Assembly: GCF_000025925.1 (NCBI RefSeq)
Contig: NC_014033.1
Location: 240,001 to 272,000, forward strand
DNA: 32,000 bases
From: Xylanibacter ruminicola 23
GTDB lineage: Bacteria > Bacteroidota > Bacteroidia > Bacteroidales > Bacteroidaceae
Reading direction: 5' to 3'
A program made the translations under genes and the position numbers. The notes under the pieces are model-generated. The model did not search any database. It was not told where the DNA came from and worked only from the letters and a program-made list of their open reading frames with translations. Positions 22,338-31,885 of the stretch are shown piece by piece (position 1 is the first letter of the stretch; each line of letters opens with the position of its first letter).

Positions 22338-23636
22338 TTATTGCTTATAGGCGGCGAGTTTGTTGAGGCAGTACTGGCGGAAGTCGGACCAGTGGTAGTA
22401 GGGGGCGCAGTCGGTGGAGATGGGGAGGGTGGCCTCGACCTCGTTGAGCAGTACTTTTACGAGCACATCCTTATCCTTGGGATTGCTGCGGTAGAAGATG
22501 AACTGCAGGTTGCTGGCCATCGGAAACACACTGCTGCACCACCAGCCATGGCCCTCGAGCTCGTCGAGGTTGTCGGTAGAGAAATCAAACCCGTTAACAC
22601 CTATGAGACATACCAATGGGAGCAGTACGGTTTCGTGACCGAAACGCAACTGTGCACCAGGATCGGGTAGTTTGATGCAGCTGTCGGCATCGGCAATCAT
22701 CTTCTTAAGCAGGTGGCGCTGCGTGTAAGGCTGGTTGCCACCGTTAAGTTTGCAGGCGCCATGCTGCAGATACCAGTAGGCGTTGTCGACCTGCCACATG
22801 CGATACAGATCGTTGGTATTAAAAAGACCAATAAGGTTGGTGTTGCGATTAAAGTTGGTGTTGAGCTGGAAGAGTCCCATCTTCATGAGATAATAGCTGA
22901 AGTCCTCCTGGTTTACAAACTCTTCGGCGATATCGGGATTCTTGAATATCAGCTCCATCAGTCGGGTGTTACCCATACGGGTGGCGGTATAGGCGTCTAA
23001 GGCTTTCTGAGCCTCGGGGGTCATATAGCTATTACGTAATTTCTTGTCCTGATAATTCATGTACCACTGGGTGCGCTTTGAGGCTTGCATGGTGATGTGC
23101 AGCTGCGGGCATACCTGCAGCATCTCCATGGCTAAAGAGCCCATCGACTCGATGCAACGGGGCACAACGGTGCTGATACAGGTAACGTTGGCGCCTGGAT
23201 GGAACACCTCGGGGAAGCGTTCGGCCATGCGGCGACCTATATTCTGCATCTGCTGTTTGCCATAGCCGGTAAGTTCGCCCCAGCGGCCTTCGGTGTTGCG
23301 CATGATATTGTTCATGTGGCGCAGTACCTGCTGGCCTGTAGGTGTAAGCTCGTCGAGGCTGTCGGCATGCAGCATCATGAAGTAGGGGGTGTCGAATCCG
23401 CTGCGATTGCTGATGTAGCGCGAACCATGGCGACCATAGTGCGAGATATAGAACGGCTTTTTGCCAGCGGGGGCTGGTGTGAGCTTGGCGGTGATGCTAT
23501 CGGGATACACATCGTAATTGCATGATGCGTAGGATGGGCGCTGCTTGATCAGGTCGATAACACTTTGGGCCACAGACAGCCTACAGCTGCTTACGGCCAG
23601 TATCAACAGGAGCGTGTATTTGATTTTGGTGTTCAT
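22338..23636 (-). CDS. secreted histidine acid phosphatase (MINPP/phytase-like), catalytic motifs intact
   Basis: Has a signal peptide, an RHGSRY motif (HYGRHGSRYIS) and a C-terminal GHET motif. Confidence 0.75.
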   Translation of the reverse strand: MNTKIKYTLLLILAVSSCRLSVAQSVIDLIKQRPSYASCNYDVYPDSITAKLTPAPAGKKPFYISHYGRHGSRYISNRSGFDTPYFMMLHADSLDELTPTGQQVLRHMNNIMRNTEGRWGELTGYGKQQMQNIGRRMAERFPEVFHPGANVTCISTVVPRCIESMGSLAMEMLQVCPQLHITMQASKRTQWYMNYQDKKLRNSYMTPEAQKALDAYTATRMGNTRLMELIFKNPDIAEEFVNQEDFSYYLMKMGLFQLNTNFNRNTNLIGLFNTNDLYRMWQVDNAYWYLQHGACKLNGGNQPYTQRHLLKKMIADADSCIKLPDPGAQLRFGHETVLLPLVCLIGVNGFDFSTDNLDELEGHGWWCSSVFPMASNLQFIFYRSNPKDKDVLVKVLLNEVEATLPISTDCAPYYHWSDFRQYCLNKLAAYKQ

Positions 23637-23642
23637 GAAATG

Positions 23643-24956
23643 TTATCTTTTTTTGTGGCTGAATCGACGGTTCTCGTAGCGATAGATTTTGCGCAGATAG
23701 TAGCGCTTAACATCCTTCCAGTGGTAGTAGGGGGCGCAATCGGTTTTGATGGGCAGGCGTGCCTCCTCGCCGTTGAGCAGTACTTTTACCAGCACATCGG
23801 GATCGTCGTGATTGGCGCGATAGTGAATCATGATAATGCTGCCACCTAATGGGGCGATGCGATAGTTGGCCCAGCCATAGGCTTCGAGCGAGTCGAGGTT
23901 GTCGGTATGCAAACCGCAGCCATTGAGCTCCATGAGGCAGGCCATCGACATGATAACTTGCTCGTTGGTGTAGCGCAGGTGCATCAGTGGACTATAACGT
24001 TTAAGCACACTGTCGCCCATGTGCATCATATTACGCAGAGTGGCGCGCTGCAGGTAGGCCTGATAGCCGCCATTAAGGGTGCAGCCACCATAGTTAATAT
24101 AGTGCCAGGCGTTTTGCTTGCGCCAGTGCTGGTGAATCTCCTTATCTGTAAAAATATCCCAGAGGGTAACTTTTTTATTGATGTTGGCATGCTGCACGTT
24201 ACCTGCCAGAATAAACAACTGGCGGGCCAGCTTGGGTACATCGATGCTTGAAACCACGTAGAAGGGATCGTTAAAGAGCGACTGCATCAGGCGGTTGTCG
24301 CTCGAGTTGAGCGATACAAAGCGATTGTAATGCAGCAGGGTGAGCGAATCGGTACGCTGCGAGGTTAGTATCTTATCTTCGGGACACATAAAACGATTTT
24401 CCTGTACCGAAGCCTTGCTACGGGCAATGATGGGGTGGTGCATGGCTGAGAGTTGCAGCAGCCCCTCCTGCATGGTCATAATGCAGCGGTTCTCAACAAT
24501 ACTGCGCACGCTGTAGTAGCCATCGGGGGTGAACATATCGGGGTAACGCTCAACCAGTTGCTTTACCATGTCGCGCGACTGCTGGGCGCCGATAGGGGTG
24601 AGTTCGCCATCGCGATCCTGCGCATCCTGGCACAGTAACTTGATACGGCGGAACACATCCTTACCCAGCTTGGTAAGCTTGCCTAAGCTGTCGGCCTTTG
24701 CAAAGGTGGCGTAGGTATCGGTATAGTAATCCTTTTTATCGAGATAATACGAACCCGGGCAGCCGTAGTGGTTGATGTAGAATGGCCTTTTACCGGCGGG
24801 CGCGGGGGTATCCTTAGGCATCTTGCCTATGGGGAGGGCATAGAACATACCTGCCGCACGGTTAGGGTCGGCCTGCAATTCCTTTTCCACCGATTGTGCC
24901 TTAACGCCTGCAAAAGCTGCTGTTAAGGTGATGAAAAATATGAGTAGACGTTTCAT
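23643..24956 (-). CDS. histidine-phosphatase-fold paralog with both catalytic motifs destroyed (probable pseudoenzyme)
   Basis: Colinear with the neighbour: FYINHYGCPGSYY against FYISHYGRHGSRY, and RYTNEQV against RFGHETV. It keeps a signal peptide and the conserved C-terminus CAPYYHW. Confidence 0.7.
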   Translation of the reverse strand: MKRLLIFFITLTAAFAGVKAQSVEKELQADPNRAAGMFYALPIGKMPKDTPAPAGKRPFYINHYGCPGSYYLDKKDYYTDTYATFAKADSLGKLTKLGKDVFRRIKLLCQDAQDRDGELTPIGAQQSRDMVKQLVERYPDMFTPDGYYSVRSIVENRCIMTMQEGLLQLSAMHHPIIARSKASVQENRFMCPEDKILTSQRTDSLTLLHYNRFVSLNSSDNRLMQSLFNDPFYVVSSIDVPKLARQLFILAGNVQHANINKKVTLWDIFTDKEIHQHWRKQNAWHYINYGGCTLNGGYQAYLQRATLRNMMHMGDSVLKRYSPLMHLRYTNEQVIMSMACLMELNGCGLHTDNLDSLEAYGWANYRIAPLGGSIIMIHYRANHDDPDVLVKVLLNGEEARLPIKTDCAPYYHWKDVKRYYLRKIYRYENRRFSHKKR

Positions 24957-25072
24957 TGCTTAGGGCATTTATAGAGCTTTGGCTGCAAAATTAGTGATTT
25001 TTTGGCAATATTCCAAACTGCGCACTAAAAAAGTACGTAACTTTGCAACTATTTTCGTACCTTTGCCAGCGT

Positions 25073-25795
25073 ATGGAAAAGAATAAGGTATATAAGGATT
25101 TGTTTGTAGACTTTGACGACACGCTCTACGACACCCATGGCAACTCGGAGATTGCCATACGCGAAACGTTCGAGTATTACCAGCTGGGACGCTATTTTGC
25201 TGACCCTCAGGTGTTTTACGATGCTTACTGGGAGGCGAATATCGACCTTTGGGGTCGCTACTCGAAGGGTGAGATTACGCGCGACTACCTGATAGTGGAG
25301 CGATTCCGCCGACCCTTGAGTGTGGGCATGGGTGATGCTGCTACCGAGGCGTACTGCCTGGAGATGAGCGACCAATTTCTGGCGTACTGCAGCAACAAGC
25401 CCGGCACGGTGAAGGGTGCACACGAGTTGATGCAATACCTGCGCGAAAAGGGCTACCGTATGCACATGACGAGCAACGGATTCCACGAGGTGCAGTACAA
25501 AAAACTGGCTGCCTGCGGTTTGCGCGACTATTTTGATACGATTGTGCTGAGCGAGGATGCGGGGGTAAACAAGCCTGCTGCGGGCTATTTTGAGTATGCT
25601 TTTAAGCAGACAGGAGCCAAGCCCGAAACAACGCTGATGATAGGCGACAACCTGCAAACCGACATTAAGGGTGCGATGGCCGTGGGCATAGATGCGCTGC
25701 TGTTTAACCGTTGGGGATACGACATAAAAAGTGGAGACCCTGAGGCCCCCACTTACACAGTATCTGATTTACTTGATATCAAACAGATTATTTAA
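25073..25795 (+). CDS. HAD-superfamily hydrolase (YjjG-like nucleotidase type)
   Basis: FVDFDDTLYD is motif I (DxDxT). MTSNG and IGDNLQTDIKGA are motifs II to IV. -7 boxes lie at 25038-25045 and 25058-25065. Confidence 0.8.
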   Translation: MEKNKVYKDLFVDFDDTLYDTHGNSEIAIRETFEYYQLGRYFADPQVFYDAYWEANIDLWGRYSKGEITRDYLIVERFRRPLSVGMGDAATEAYCLEMSDQFLAYCSNKPGTVKGAHELMQYLREKGYRMHMTSNGFHEVQYKKLAACGLRDYFDTIVLSEDAGVNKPAAGYFEYAFKQTGAKPETTLMIGDNLQTDIKGAMAVGIDALLFNRWGYDIKSGDPEAPTYTVSDLLDIKQII

Positions 25796-25798
25796 AGA

Positions 25799-27340
25799 TT
25801 ACTTAGCATAAGCTACAGAACGTGTTTCGCGGATAACGGTAATCTTTACCTGACCAGGATAGGTCATCTCGTTCTGAATCTTTGTAGCGATATCGGCGCT
25901 GAGGGCCTCGCTCTCGGCGTCGTTCATCTTATCGGCACCTACAATCACACGGAGCTCGCGACCAGCCTGGATGGCGTAGGTCTTGGTAACACCGGGATAG
26001 CTCATAGCGATGGCCTCGAGGTCGTTCAAACGCTTGATGTAAGCCTCTACAATCTCGCGACGTGCACCAGGACGGGCACCTGAGATGGCGTCGCACACCT
26101 GTACGATAGGAGCCAGCAGAGTCTGCATCTCCATCTCGTCGTGGTGAGCACCGATGGCATTGCAGATATCGGGCTTCTCCTTGAACTTCTCGGCAATCTT
26201 AGCACCGTAGATAGCGTGTGGCAACTCGCTCTCCTCGTCGGGCACCTTACCGATATCGTGCAGCAATCCGGCACGCTTAGCCTTCTTTGGATTCAAGCCA
26301 AGCTCGCTGGCCATAACGGCACACAGGTTGGCTGTTTCGCGCGCGTGCTGCAGCAGATTCTGACCGTATGATGAGCGGTACTTCATCTTACCGATGATGC
26401 GGATGAGCTCGGGGTGGAGACCGTGAACACCCAGGTCGATAGCGGTGCGCTTACCAGTCTCGATAATCTCGTTGTCGAGCTGCTTCTTAACCTTGGCAAC
26501 TACCTCCTCGATACGTGCGGGGTGGATACGGCCATCGCTCACCAGCTGGTGGAGTGCCAGGCGGCAAACCTCACGGCGAACAGGATCGAAACCAGAGATA
26601 ACGATTGCCTCAGGAGTATCGTCGACAACGATTTCAACACCTGCGGCGGCCTCGAGTGCGCGGATGTTACGACCCTCGCGACCGATGATGCGACCCTTTA
26701 CCTCGTCGTTCTCGATGTGGAACACGCTTACCGAGTTCTCGATAGCGGTTTCGGTAGCTACACGCTGAATGGTCTGGATAACTATCTTCTTGGCCTGTGC
26801 GTTAGCGTTCAGCTTGGCCTCGTCCATAATCTCGTTGATGTAGCTGGCAGCGGCAGTCTTAGCCTCGTCCTTCATCGACTCAACCAGGCGGTTCTTAGCC
26901 TCTTCGGCGCTGAGACCTGATACCTCCTCGAGCTTCTCGCGCTCCTTGAGCTGCATCTTCTCGAGCTCCTCGGCCTTTACAGAGAGCAGCTTCTTCTCGT
27001 TCTCGATGCGCTGCTGCTGATTGTCGAGTTCGTTCTTACGGCGGCCCAGTTCTTCCTGGCGCTGGTTGAGCGAAATCTCGCGCTGCTTGAGTTTGTTCTC
27101 ACTCTGCTGGATGTGCTGGTTGCGCTGCTGCACCTCCTTCTCCAGCTCGCTCTTCTTGTTGATGAATTTTTCCTTCACCTCGAGCAGTTTTTTCTCTTTG
27201 ATGACATCGGCCTGCTTGGTGGCAGTGTCGATCATTTCATTGTATTTCCCCTTCAGAACGTAGCGGAATACAAGGTATCCGCAGACTCCTCCTAATGCGA
27301 GGGCGCCTGCAGCGATCAGTAGTACAATAATGATATCCAT
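25799..27340 (-). CDS. rny: ribonuclease Y
   Basis: N-terminal TM segment, long coiled coil, KH domain ([15 protein letters not shown]) and HD domain (LLHDIGK). Confidence 0.9.
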   Translation of the reverse strand: MDIIIVLLIAAGALALGGVCGYLVFRYVLKGKYNEMIDTATKQADVIKEKKLLEVKEKFINKKSELEKEVQQRNQHIQQSENKLKQREISLNQRQEELGRRKNELDNQQQRIENEKKLLSVKAEELEKMQLKEREKLEEVSGLSAEEAKNRLVESMKDEAKTAAASYINEIMDEAKLNANAQAKKIVIQTIQRVATETAIENSVSVFHIENDEVKGRIIGREGRNIRALEAAAGVEIVVDDTPEAIVISGFDPVRREVCRLALHQLVSDGRIHPARIEEVVAKVKKQLDNEIIETGKRTAIDLGVHGLHPELIRIIGKMKYRSSYGQNLLQHARETANLCAVMASELGLNPKKAKRAGLLHDIGKVPDEESELPHAIYGAKIAEKFKEKPDICNAIGAHHDEMEMQTLLAPIVQVCDAISGARPGARREIVEAYIKRLNDLEAIAMSYPGVTKTYAIQAGRELRVIVGADKMNDAESEALSADIATKIQNEMTYPGQVKITVIRETRSVAYAK

Positions 27341-27368
27341 ATAAATCTATGTTAATAAAATGATATTC

Positions 27369-27677
27369 TCACTTAAGTGCCTCCTCTATTTCAGAAGTCA
27401 ACTTAGTGAGAATACTATTGTAGGGATCAGTGTCGTGGTTGCCGCGCTCACGCTCGTACATCAGGGCGATATCAATCAGCGTCATGAGCGCTATGGTATG
27501 CTCGCCCTTCTTACCCTTATAAGCCTGCGAATAGGCGTTATAACGGTCGGTAATGAGTTTGGCTGCCTTACGATAGAATTCCTCGTCGGAACGCTTGATG
27601 GTTACTTCGATTTCTTCGTCGTAGACGTGCAACCTGATATGTAGTTTCTCGTTATTCACTTCTGTCATTGTGGGCAC
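27369..27677 (-). CDS. zapA: cell division protein ZapA
   Basis: About 100 aa, immediately upstream of rny as is usual in Bacteroidota. The IRLHVYDEEIEVTIKRSDEE pattern fits ZapA. Confidence 0.7.
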   Translation of the reverse strand: MPTMTEVNNEKLHIRLHVYDEEIEVTIKRSDEEFYRKAAKLITDRYNAYSQAYKGKKGEHTIALMTLIDIALMYERERGNHDTDPYNSILTKLTSEIEEALK

Positions 27678-27684
27678 CTTTTAT

Positions 27685-27981
27685 TTATTGTTCGTCGCTC
27701 AGAATGGCTATGCACTGATTTACCGTTTTTATCATCTTGGTGACGCGGGCTTTTGCGCCTTCAAGATCACCGTCGGTAATCTGCATCATCTTAGCCATCT
27801 TCAGTGAATTGTAATCATTCTGTGCCTGAGTCAATTTGGCCTGCAGGTCGGCTATGTCCTGCTTACCCTTTTCGATTTGTGCCAGAAGATCCTCGTTCTC
27901 CTTCTTCAACTGCTTGAAGTGGAGAATCATCTGTCTTACACGCGTTTCGAACGCCAATATCGTTTGCTCGTTTGCACTCAT
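27685..27981 (-). CDS. coiled-coil protein upstream of zapA (ZapB-like role possible)
   Basis: 98 aa, heptad-rich, 7 nt upstream of zapA. Confidence 0.5.
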   Translation of the reverse strand: MSANEQTILAFETRVRQMILHFKQLKKENEDLLAQIEKGKQDIADLQAKLTQAQNDYNSLKMAKMMQITDGDLEGAKARVTKMIKTVNQCIAILSDEQ

Positions 27982-28066
27982 GATATAACTATTTGGTGTA
28001 CAAAGTTATATAATTTATCTTTTAAAGTATAGCGTATTAGCTATCTTTTAAGATATTTTAAATCTT

Positions 28067-28687
28067 TTACTTGTCGTCCTGTGCGGGCTTGGGTTCTTTC
28101 TTAGCCAGCATCACCACCTTGAACACAAAGTCGGTTACCCACTTCTGTGAGAAACCTAAGCGACGGTTATACTCGCGAACGGCTACCACGCTCTTCAGCA
28201 CAGCGGGGTCGGTAAAGTCGTTCTTGGTAAAGATGTCGTTCACGGTCTTCTCGGTCATGGTGTAGAGTGCTTTCTTCATGAATCCGGGCAGGCGGAGCTT
28301 AAACTTCATCAGGTTGCCGGTAAGCATCATGATGTCCTGAGTAAAGCCCTGGAACTGCAGCAGGTAGGTCTGTGCATCCTGAACCTTCTTGCAACGCTTG
28401 CGCAGGCTTGAGTCGATCTCCTTAAAGAAATCGTCGTCCATGCCGTACATCTCCTTGAGCATCTTTTTACAACGGGTGCGCTCGCCAACACCTAACTTAT
28501 TGTTTACGGTAGCTACCTTGAGTGTGGTTTTAAACACACGCAGGTCGGGCAGGGCAGCGAGGTTGGTAATTCCCAAGTCGGCTGCCATGGCTGCCTGGAA
28601 ATATACGCGAATCAGCGTCATGAAATCCTCCATGCCGCCAACCTTCTGTTCGCTGTTATTGCCAAATAATTTATTCCAAAATCCCAT
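28067..28687 (-). CDS. hypothetical protein (206 aa)
   Basis: Clean ORF with a -7 box (rc TAATTTTG) upstream. No motif recognised. Confidence 0.6.
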   Translation of the reverse strand: MGFWNKLFGNNSEQKVGGMEDFMTLIRVYFQAAMAADLGITNLAALPDLRVFKTTLKVATVNNKLGVGERTRCKKMLKEMYGMDDDFFKEIDSSLRKRCKKVQDAQTYLLQFQGFTQDIMMLTGNLMKFKLRLPGFMKKALYTMTEKTVNDIFTKNDFTDPAVLKSVVAVREYNRRLGFSQKWVTDFVFKVVMLAKKEPKPAQDDK

Positions 28688-28735
28688 AAAAATCTATTTA
28701 TAATTACAAATCGACTGCAAAATTAATAAAAATTA

Positions 28736-28812
28736 GGCACGGATTACGCGGATTAACACAGATTAATAATAATTTTATATAAAAAATCCGTGTAATCCGC
28801 GTAATCCGTGCC
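28736..28812. repeat. 77-bp palindromic element: 20-bp perfect arms GGCACGGATTACGCGGATTA/TAATCCGCGTAATCCGTGCC around an AT-rich loop
   Basis: The arms are 28736-28755 and 28793-28812, with imperfect pairing continuing inward. Internal GGATTA(C/A)(G/A)C units recur. Confidence 0.9.
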
Positions 28813-28820
28813 AAAAACTG

Positions 28821-28828
28821 TATCTTTG
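28821..28828 (+). promoter_or_regulatory. -7 promoter box TATCTTTG for rfbA
   Basis: TAnnTTTG lies 24 nt upstream of the ATG at 28852. Confidence 0.5.
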
Positions 28829-28851
28829 CACCAAATTTTAAATATCAACGT

Positions 28852-29724
28852 ATGAAAGGAATTGTTTTAGCAGGTGGTTCAGGTACACGCCTTTACCCCA
28901 TTACTAAGGGCATCAGTAAGCAGCTGATACCTATTTTCGACAAACCGATGATTTACTACCCCATATCGGCACTGATGCTGGCTGGTATCCGCGAGATTCT
29001 GATTATCTCGACTCCACACGACCTGCCAGGCTTTAAGCGCTTGCTGGGCGACGGATCGGATTACGGTGTGCATTTTGAGTATGCCGAGCAGCCATCACCC
29101 GATGGACTGGCACAGGCATTTATCATAGGCGAGAAGTTTATTGGCGACGACAGTGCTTGCTTGGTGCTGGGCGATAACATCTTCTACGGTTCGGGCTTTA
29201 CAGGCCTGCTGAAGGAGAGTGTTGAGAATGCCGAAAAGCGCAATCAGGCCACTGTGTTCGGTTATTACGTGAACGACCCCGAGCGCTACGGTGTGGCTGA
29301 GTTTGATGCCGAGGGTAACTGCCTGAGCATTGAGGAGAAGCCCGAGCACCCCAAGTCGAACTACGCCGTGGTAGGTCTTTATTTCTACCCCAACAGCGTG
29401 GTTGAGATTGCCAAGCACATCAAGCCATCGGCTCGTGGTGAGCTGGAGATTACCACCGTTAACCAGGAGTATCTGGCACAGAAGAAACTGAAGGTGCAGA
29501 CCTTGCAGCGTGGCTTTGCCTGGTTGGATACAGGTACACACGACTCGCTCTCGGAGGCTTCGACCTTTATCGAGGTGATTGAGAAGCGCCAGGGCCTGAA
29601 GGTGGCTTGCTTGGAGGAGATTGCCTTTAAGCGTGGCTGGATAAGCAAGGAGAAGCTTGAGGAAGTGGCCAAACCGATGGCCAAGAACGATTACGGCAAG
29701 TACTTGTTAAGCTTAGTAAAATAA
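28852..29724 (+). CDS. rfbA: glucose-1-phosphate thymidylyltransferase
   Basis: [18 protein letters not shown] and full-length colinearity with RmlA-type enzymes. Confidence 0.9.
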   Translation: MKGIVLAGGSGTRLYPITKGISKQLIPIFDKPMIYYPISALMLAGIREILIISTPHDLPGFKRLLGDGSDYGVHFEYAEQPSPDGLAQAFIIGEKFIGDDSACLVLGDNIFYGSGFTGLLKESVENAEKRNQATVFGYYVNDPERYGVAEFDAEGNCLSIEEKPEHPKSNYAVVGLYFYPNSVVEIAKHIKPSARGELEITTVNQEYLAQKKLKVQTLQRGFAWLDTGTHDSLSEASTFIEVIEKRQGLKVACLEEIAFKRGWISKEKLEEVAKPMAKNDYGKYLLSLVK

Positions 29725-29731
29725 AAAAAGA

Positions 29732-29765
29732 AATCCCGCATTTTTAAGTGCGGGATTCTTTTTTG
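29732..29765. terminator. bidirectional intrinsic terminator between convergent genes
   Basis: AATCCCGCA (29732-29740) pairs with TGCGGGATT (29749-29757). An A-run lies on the left and a T-run on the right. Confidence 0.7.
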
Positions 29766-31700
29766 TTATTGCTGTGGGTACTCGAGTGTTGCTTTGGCAA
29801 GTGATAGCGGGTTACCCATATCATACATACGTCCGCGTAGCCTTACACCAACCATGCCACTGCGCTTGCGAACAGCCTCGAGAGCTGCGGTAAGCTCAAT
29901 CTCGGTTACGTGGTCGCCCTCAATCTCCTTCTGCATGATGTCCTCGTGCAACTGCGAGAATACCTCGGGGGTAAGGATATACTGTCCGAATACGCTGTAG
30001 TACTCCTTGTCGCCTTTCTTGTTGCGCACACCTAAGAATTCCTCGGCATAGCTGGCCTTGGGTTTCTCGCACATAGCGTTCACGTTCAGGATGGTGTGAT
30101 CGTTATCCTCCCAAACACCGTGCAGAATGCCATAGCGGCTCACTTCGGCCAGGGGGATAGGATGGATACTTACCATCAATCGGTTGTAGCGCTCGTAATC
30201 CTCGATCATCTGCAAGGCACAAGGCTTATTTGAATCGCTGCGATACAGTGTATCACCCAGCAACAGCAATACGGGCTCGTTACCTGCAAACTGCGCTGCC
30301 TGGTAAACAGCATGACCAAAGCCACGTTTTTCGCGCTGATATACGTAGTGCAGCTTCTTACCTATATCTAATATATGATTCTCGTACTCCTGGGCCTCGG
30401 GGTTCAGCTTGCGCAGATGCTCATCGGGCAGGGGATGCTCGAAGAAGTCGGCATACTGCTGGCGCTCCTCCTCGGAACCTAATACCAGACAGATTTCCTC
30501 GATACCACTCTGGATTAGCTCCTCGAGCAGAATGAGTATCACTGGGCGTACCATGCCATCGGGACATGGGATGGGGAAGAAATCCTTCTTGATAACACGC
30601 GTGGCGGGGTAAAGACGTGTACCGAAACCTGCCACGGGCACGATAGCACGGCGCACGGTGTGTACGGGCTTGAGTGTGAGCGTGTAGGCTTTCATGCCAT
30701 GCGCATTGAGATAATCGGCCACCTTTTGCTGCGACTCGGCATCGCGTGCCAGGAACTGTATCGAACCATCGCCATGCGAACCTACACCTTTACCACCCCA
30801 AACCAAAGGCTGGATGTTGGGATCGTTCAACGTGGCGTGCAACTTGGGCGAGTGCAGGGCTTCGGACATAGGCGCAATCTTCTCGTCGAACATCGCCTCG
30901 GCCTCGGTCATCAGTTTTCCTAAGCTCTCGGCATCGCCGGCAGCCATGTATTTGATGGCACGATCGACGATATCCAGGTTAAGCTGTCCCAGAGCTTCGT
31001 GCTCGGCACGTTCGGCATCGCTATTGGGGAAGGGGTAGGCCTTGTTCAGATCCGACAGAATCTTGATGGTATCCTTCTCGGCGCACAAATCAGCGAACAC
31101 CCAGTGAAGGGGTTTCTTGACGTTCAGCGAGCGTACCTCGATCTCGTCGCCATCAAAGGTCATCAGGTTAGGCTTTACACCAAATGCGCAGGCCTGGTCT
31201 AAGCGGCCGCAACGGCTACTGGTGCGCAACTCGCCTAAGTAGGCAATGTTCATCTCGCCTAACGTGTTGAGATTCAGATTATATAACTGATTAAAAGCGC
31301 GTGCCACCAGCACACAGATGGCGGCCGACGACGACAAGCCACTCTTCATGGGCAGCGTCATATCGGTGATGCGAATGCGCACACCGCCTACCTTATACCA
31401 CTCGAGCATGTACGATGCCACACCCGCACAGTAGCAGAAGAATGATCCACTTTTTGCAATACGCTTTAGTTCAGTCTCGTCCATGCGACAGCTGAAATCC
31501 TGCCACACATTTTTAATCTCATCGGCTGTGCTGTAAAGCTCAAAAATGCTCGACTTCTCTACTTCGGCGTAGATTCCCTGTTCGATACCCGTCACGATAG
31601 CTGCTCCAGGTTTAATGTCGGCATTCATTGTTCGGTAGTGTCCCGCCCAGTCGGTATGTTCACCAAACAGACACAGGCGTCCTGGTACGAATAGTTTCAT
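29766..31700 (-). CDS. fusion protein: N-terminal GHMP sugar kinase (galactokinase-like) plus C-terminal GalU-type sugar-1-phosphate nucleotidyltransferase
   Basis: PGRLCLFGEHTDWAG is a galactokinase-type signature and MKSGLSSSAAICV is the GHMP motif. AIVPVAGFGTRLYPATRVIKKDFFPI at about residue 345 is the GxGTRxxPxTK nucleotidyltransferase motif. Confidence 0.75.
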   Translation of the reverse strand: MKLFVPGRLCLFGEHTDWAGHYRTMNADIKPGAAIVTGIEQGIYAEVEKSSIFELYSTADEIKNVWQDFSCRMDETELKRIAKSGSFFCYCAGVASYMLEWYKVGGVRIRITDMTLPMKSGLSSSAAICVLVARAFNQLYNLNLNTLGEMNIAYLGELRTSSRCGRLDQACAFGVKPNLMTFDGDEIEVRSLNVKKPLHWVFADLCAEKDTIKILSDLNKAYPFPNSDAERAEHEALGQLNLDIVDRAIKYMAAGDAESLGKLMTEAEAMFDEKIAPMSEALHSPKLHATLNDPNIQPLVWGGKGVGSHGDGSIQFLARDAESQQKVADYLNAHGMKAYTLTLKPVHTVRRAIVPVAGFGTRLYPATRVIKKDFFPIPCPDGMVRPVILILLEELIQSGIEEICLVLGSEEERQQYADFFEHPLPDEHLRKLNPEAQEYENHILDIGKKLHYVYQREKRGFGHAVYQAAQFAGNEPVLLLLGDTLYRSDSNKPCALQMIEDYERYNRLMVSIHPIPLAEVSRYGILHGVWEDNDHTILNVNAMCEKPKASYAEEFLGVRNKKGDKEYYSVFGQYILTPEVFSQLHEDIMQKEIEGDHVTEIELTAALEAVRKRSGMVGVRLRGRMYDMGNPLSLAKATLEYPQQ

Positions 31701-31885
31701 ATTTTTTCCTTTTTTAGGTTACTTAGATACTGCAAAAGTAGTAAAAAAATGTCACAATGTTAAGTTTTTGACTATTTTTTTTGGTGTTTTGGATAAAAAT
31801 ATCTATTTTTGCCGCAGATTATTAACAATTTAAATGATTATTGCCTATCGAAACAAACTCTACTCAATTTTAAATTTTTGAGCTT

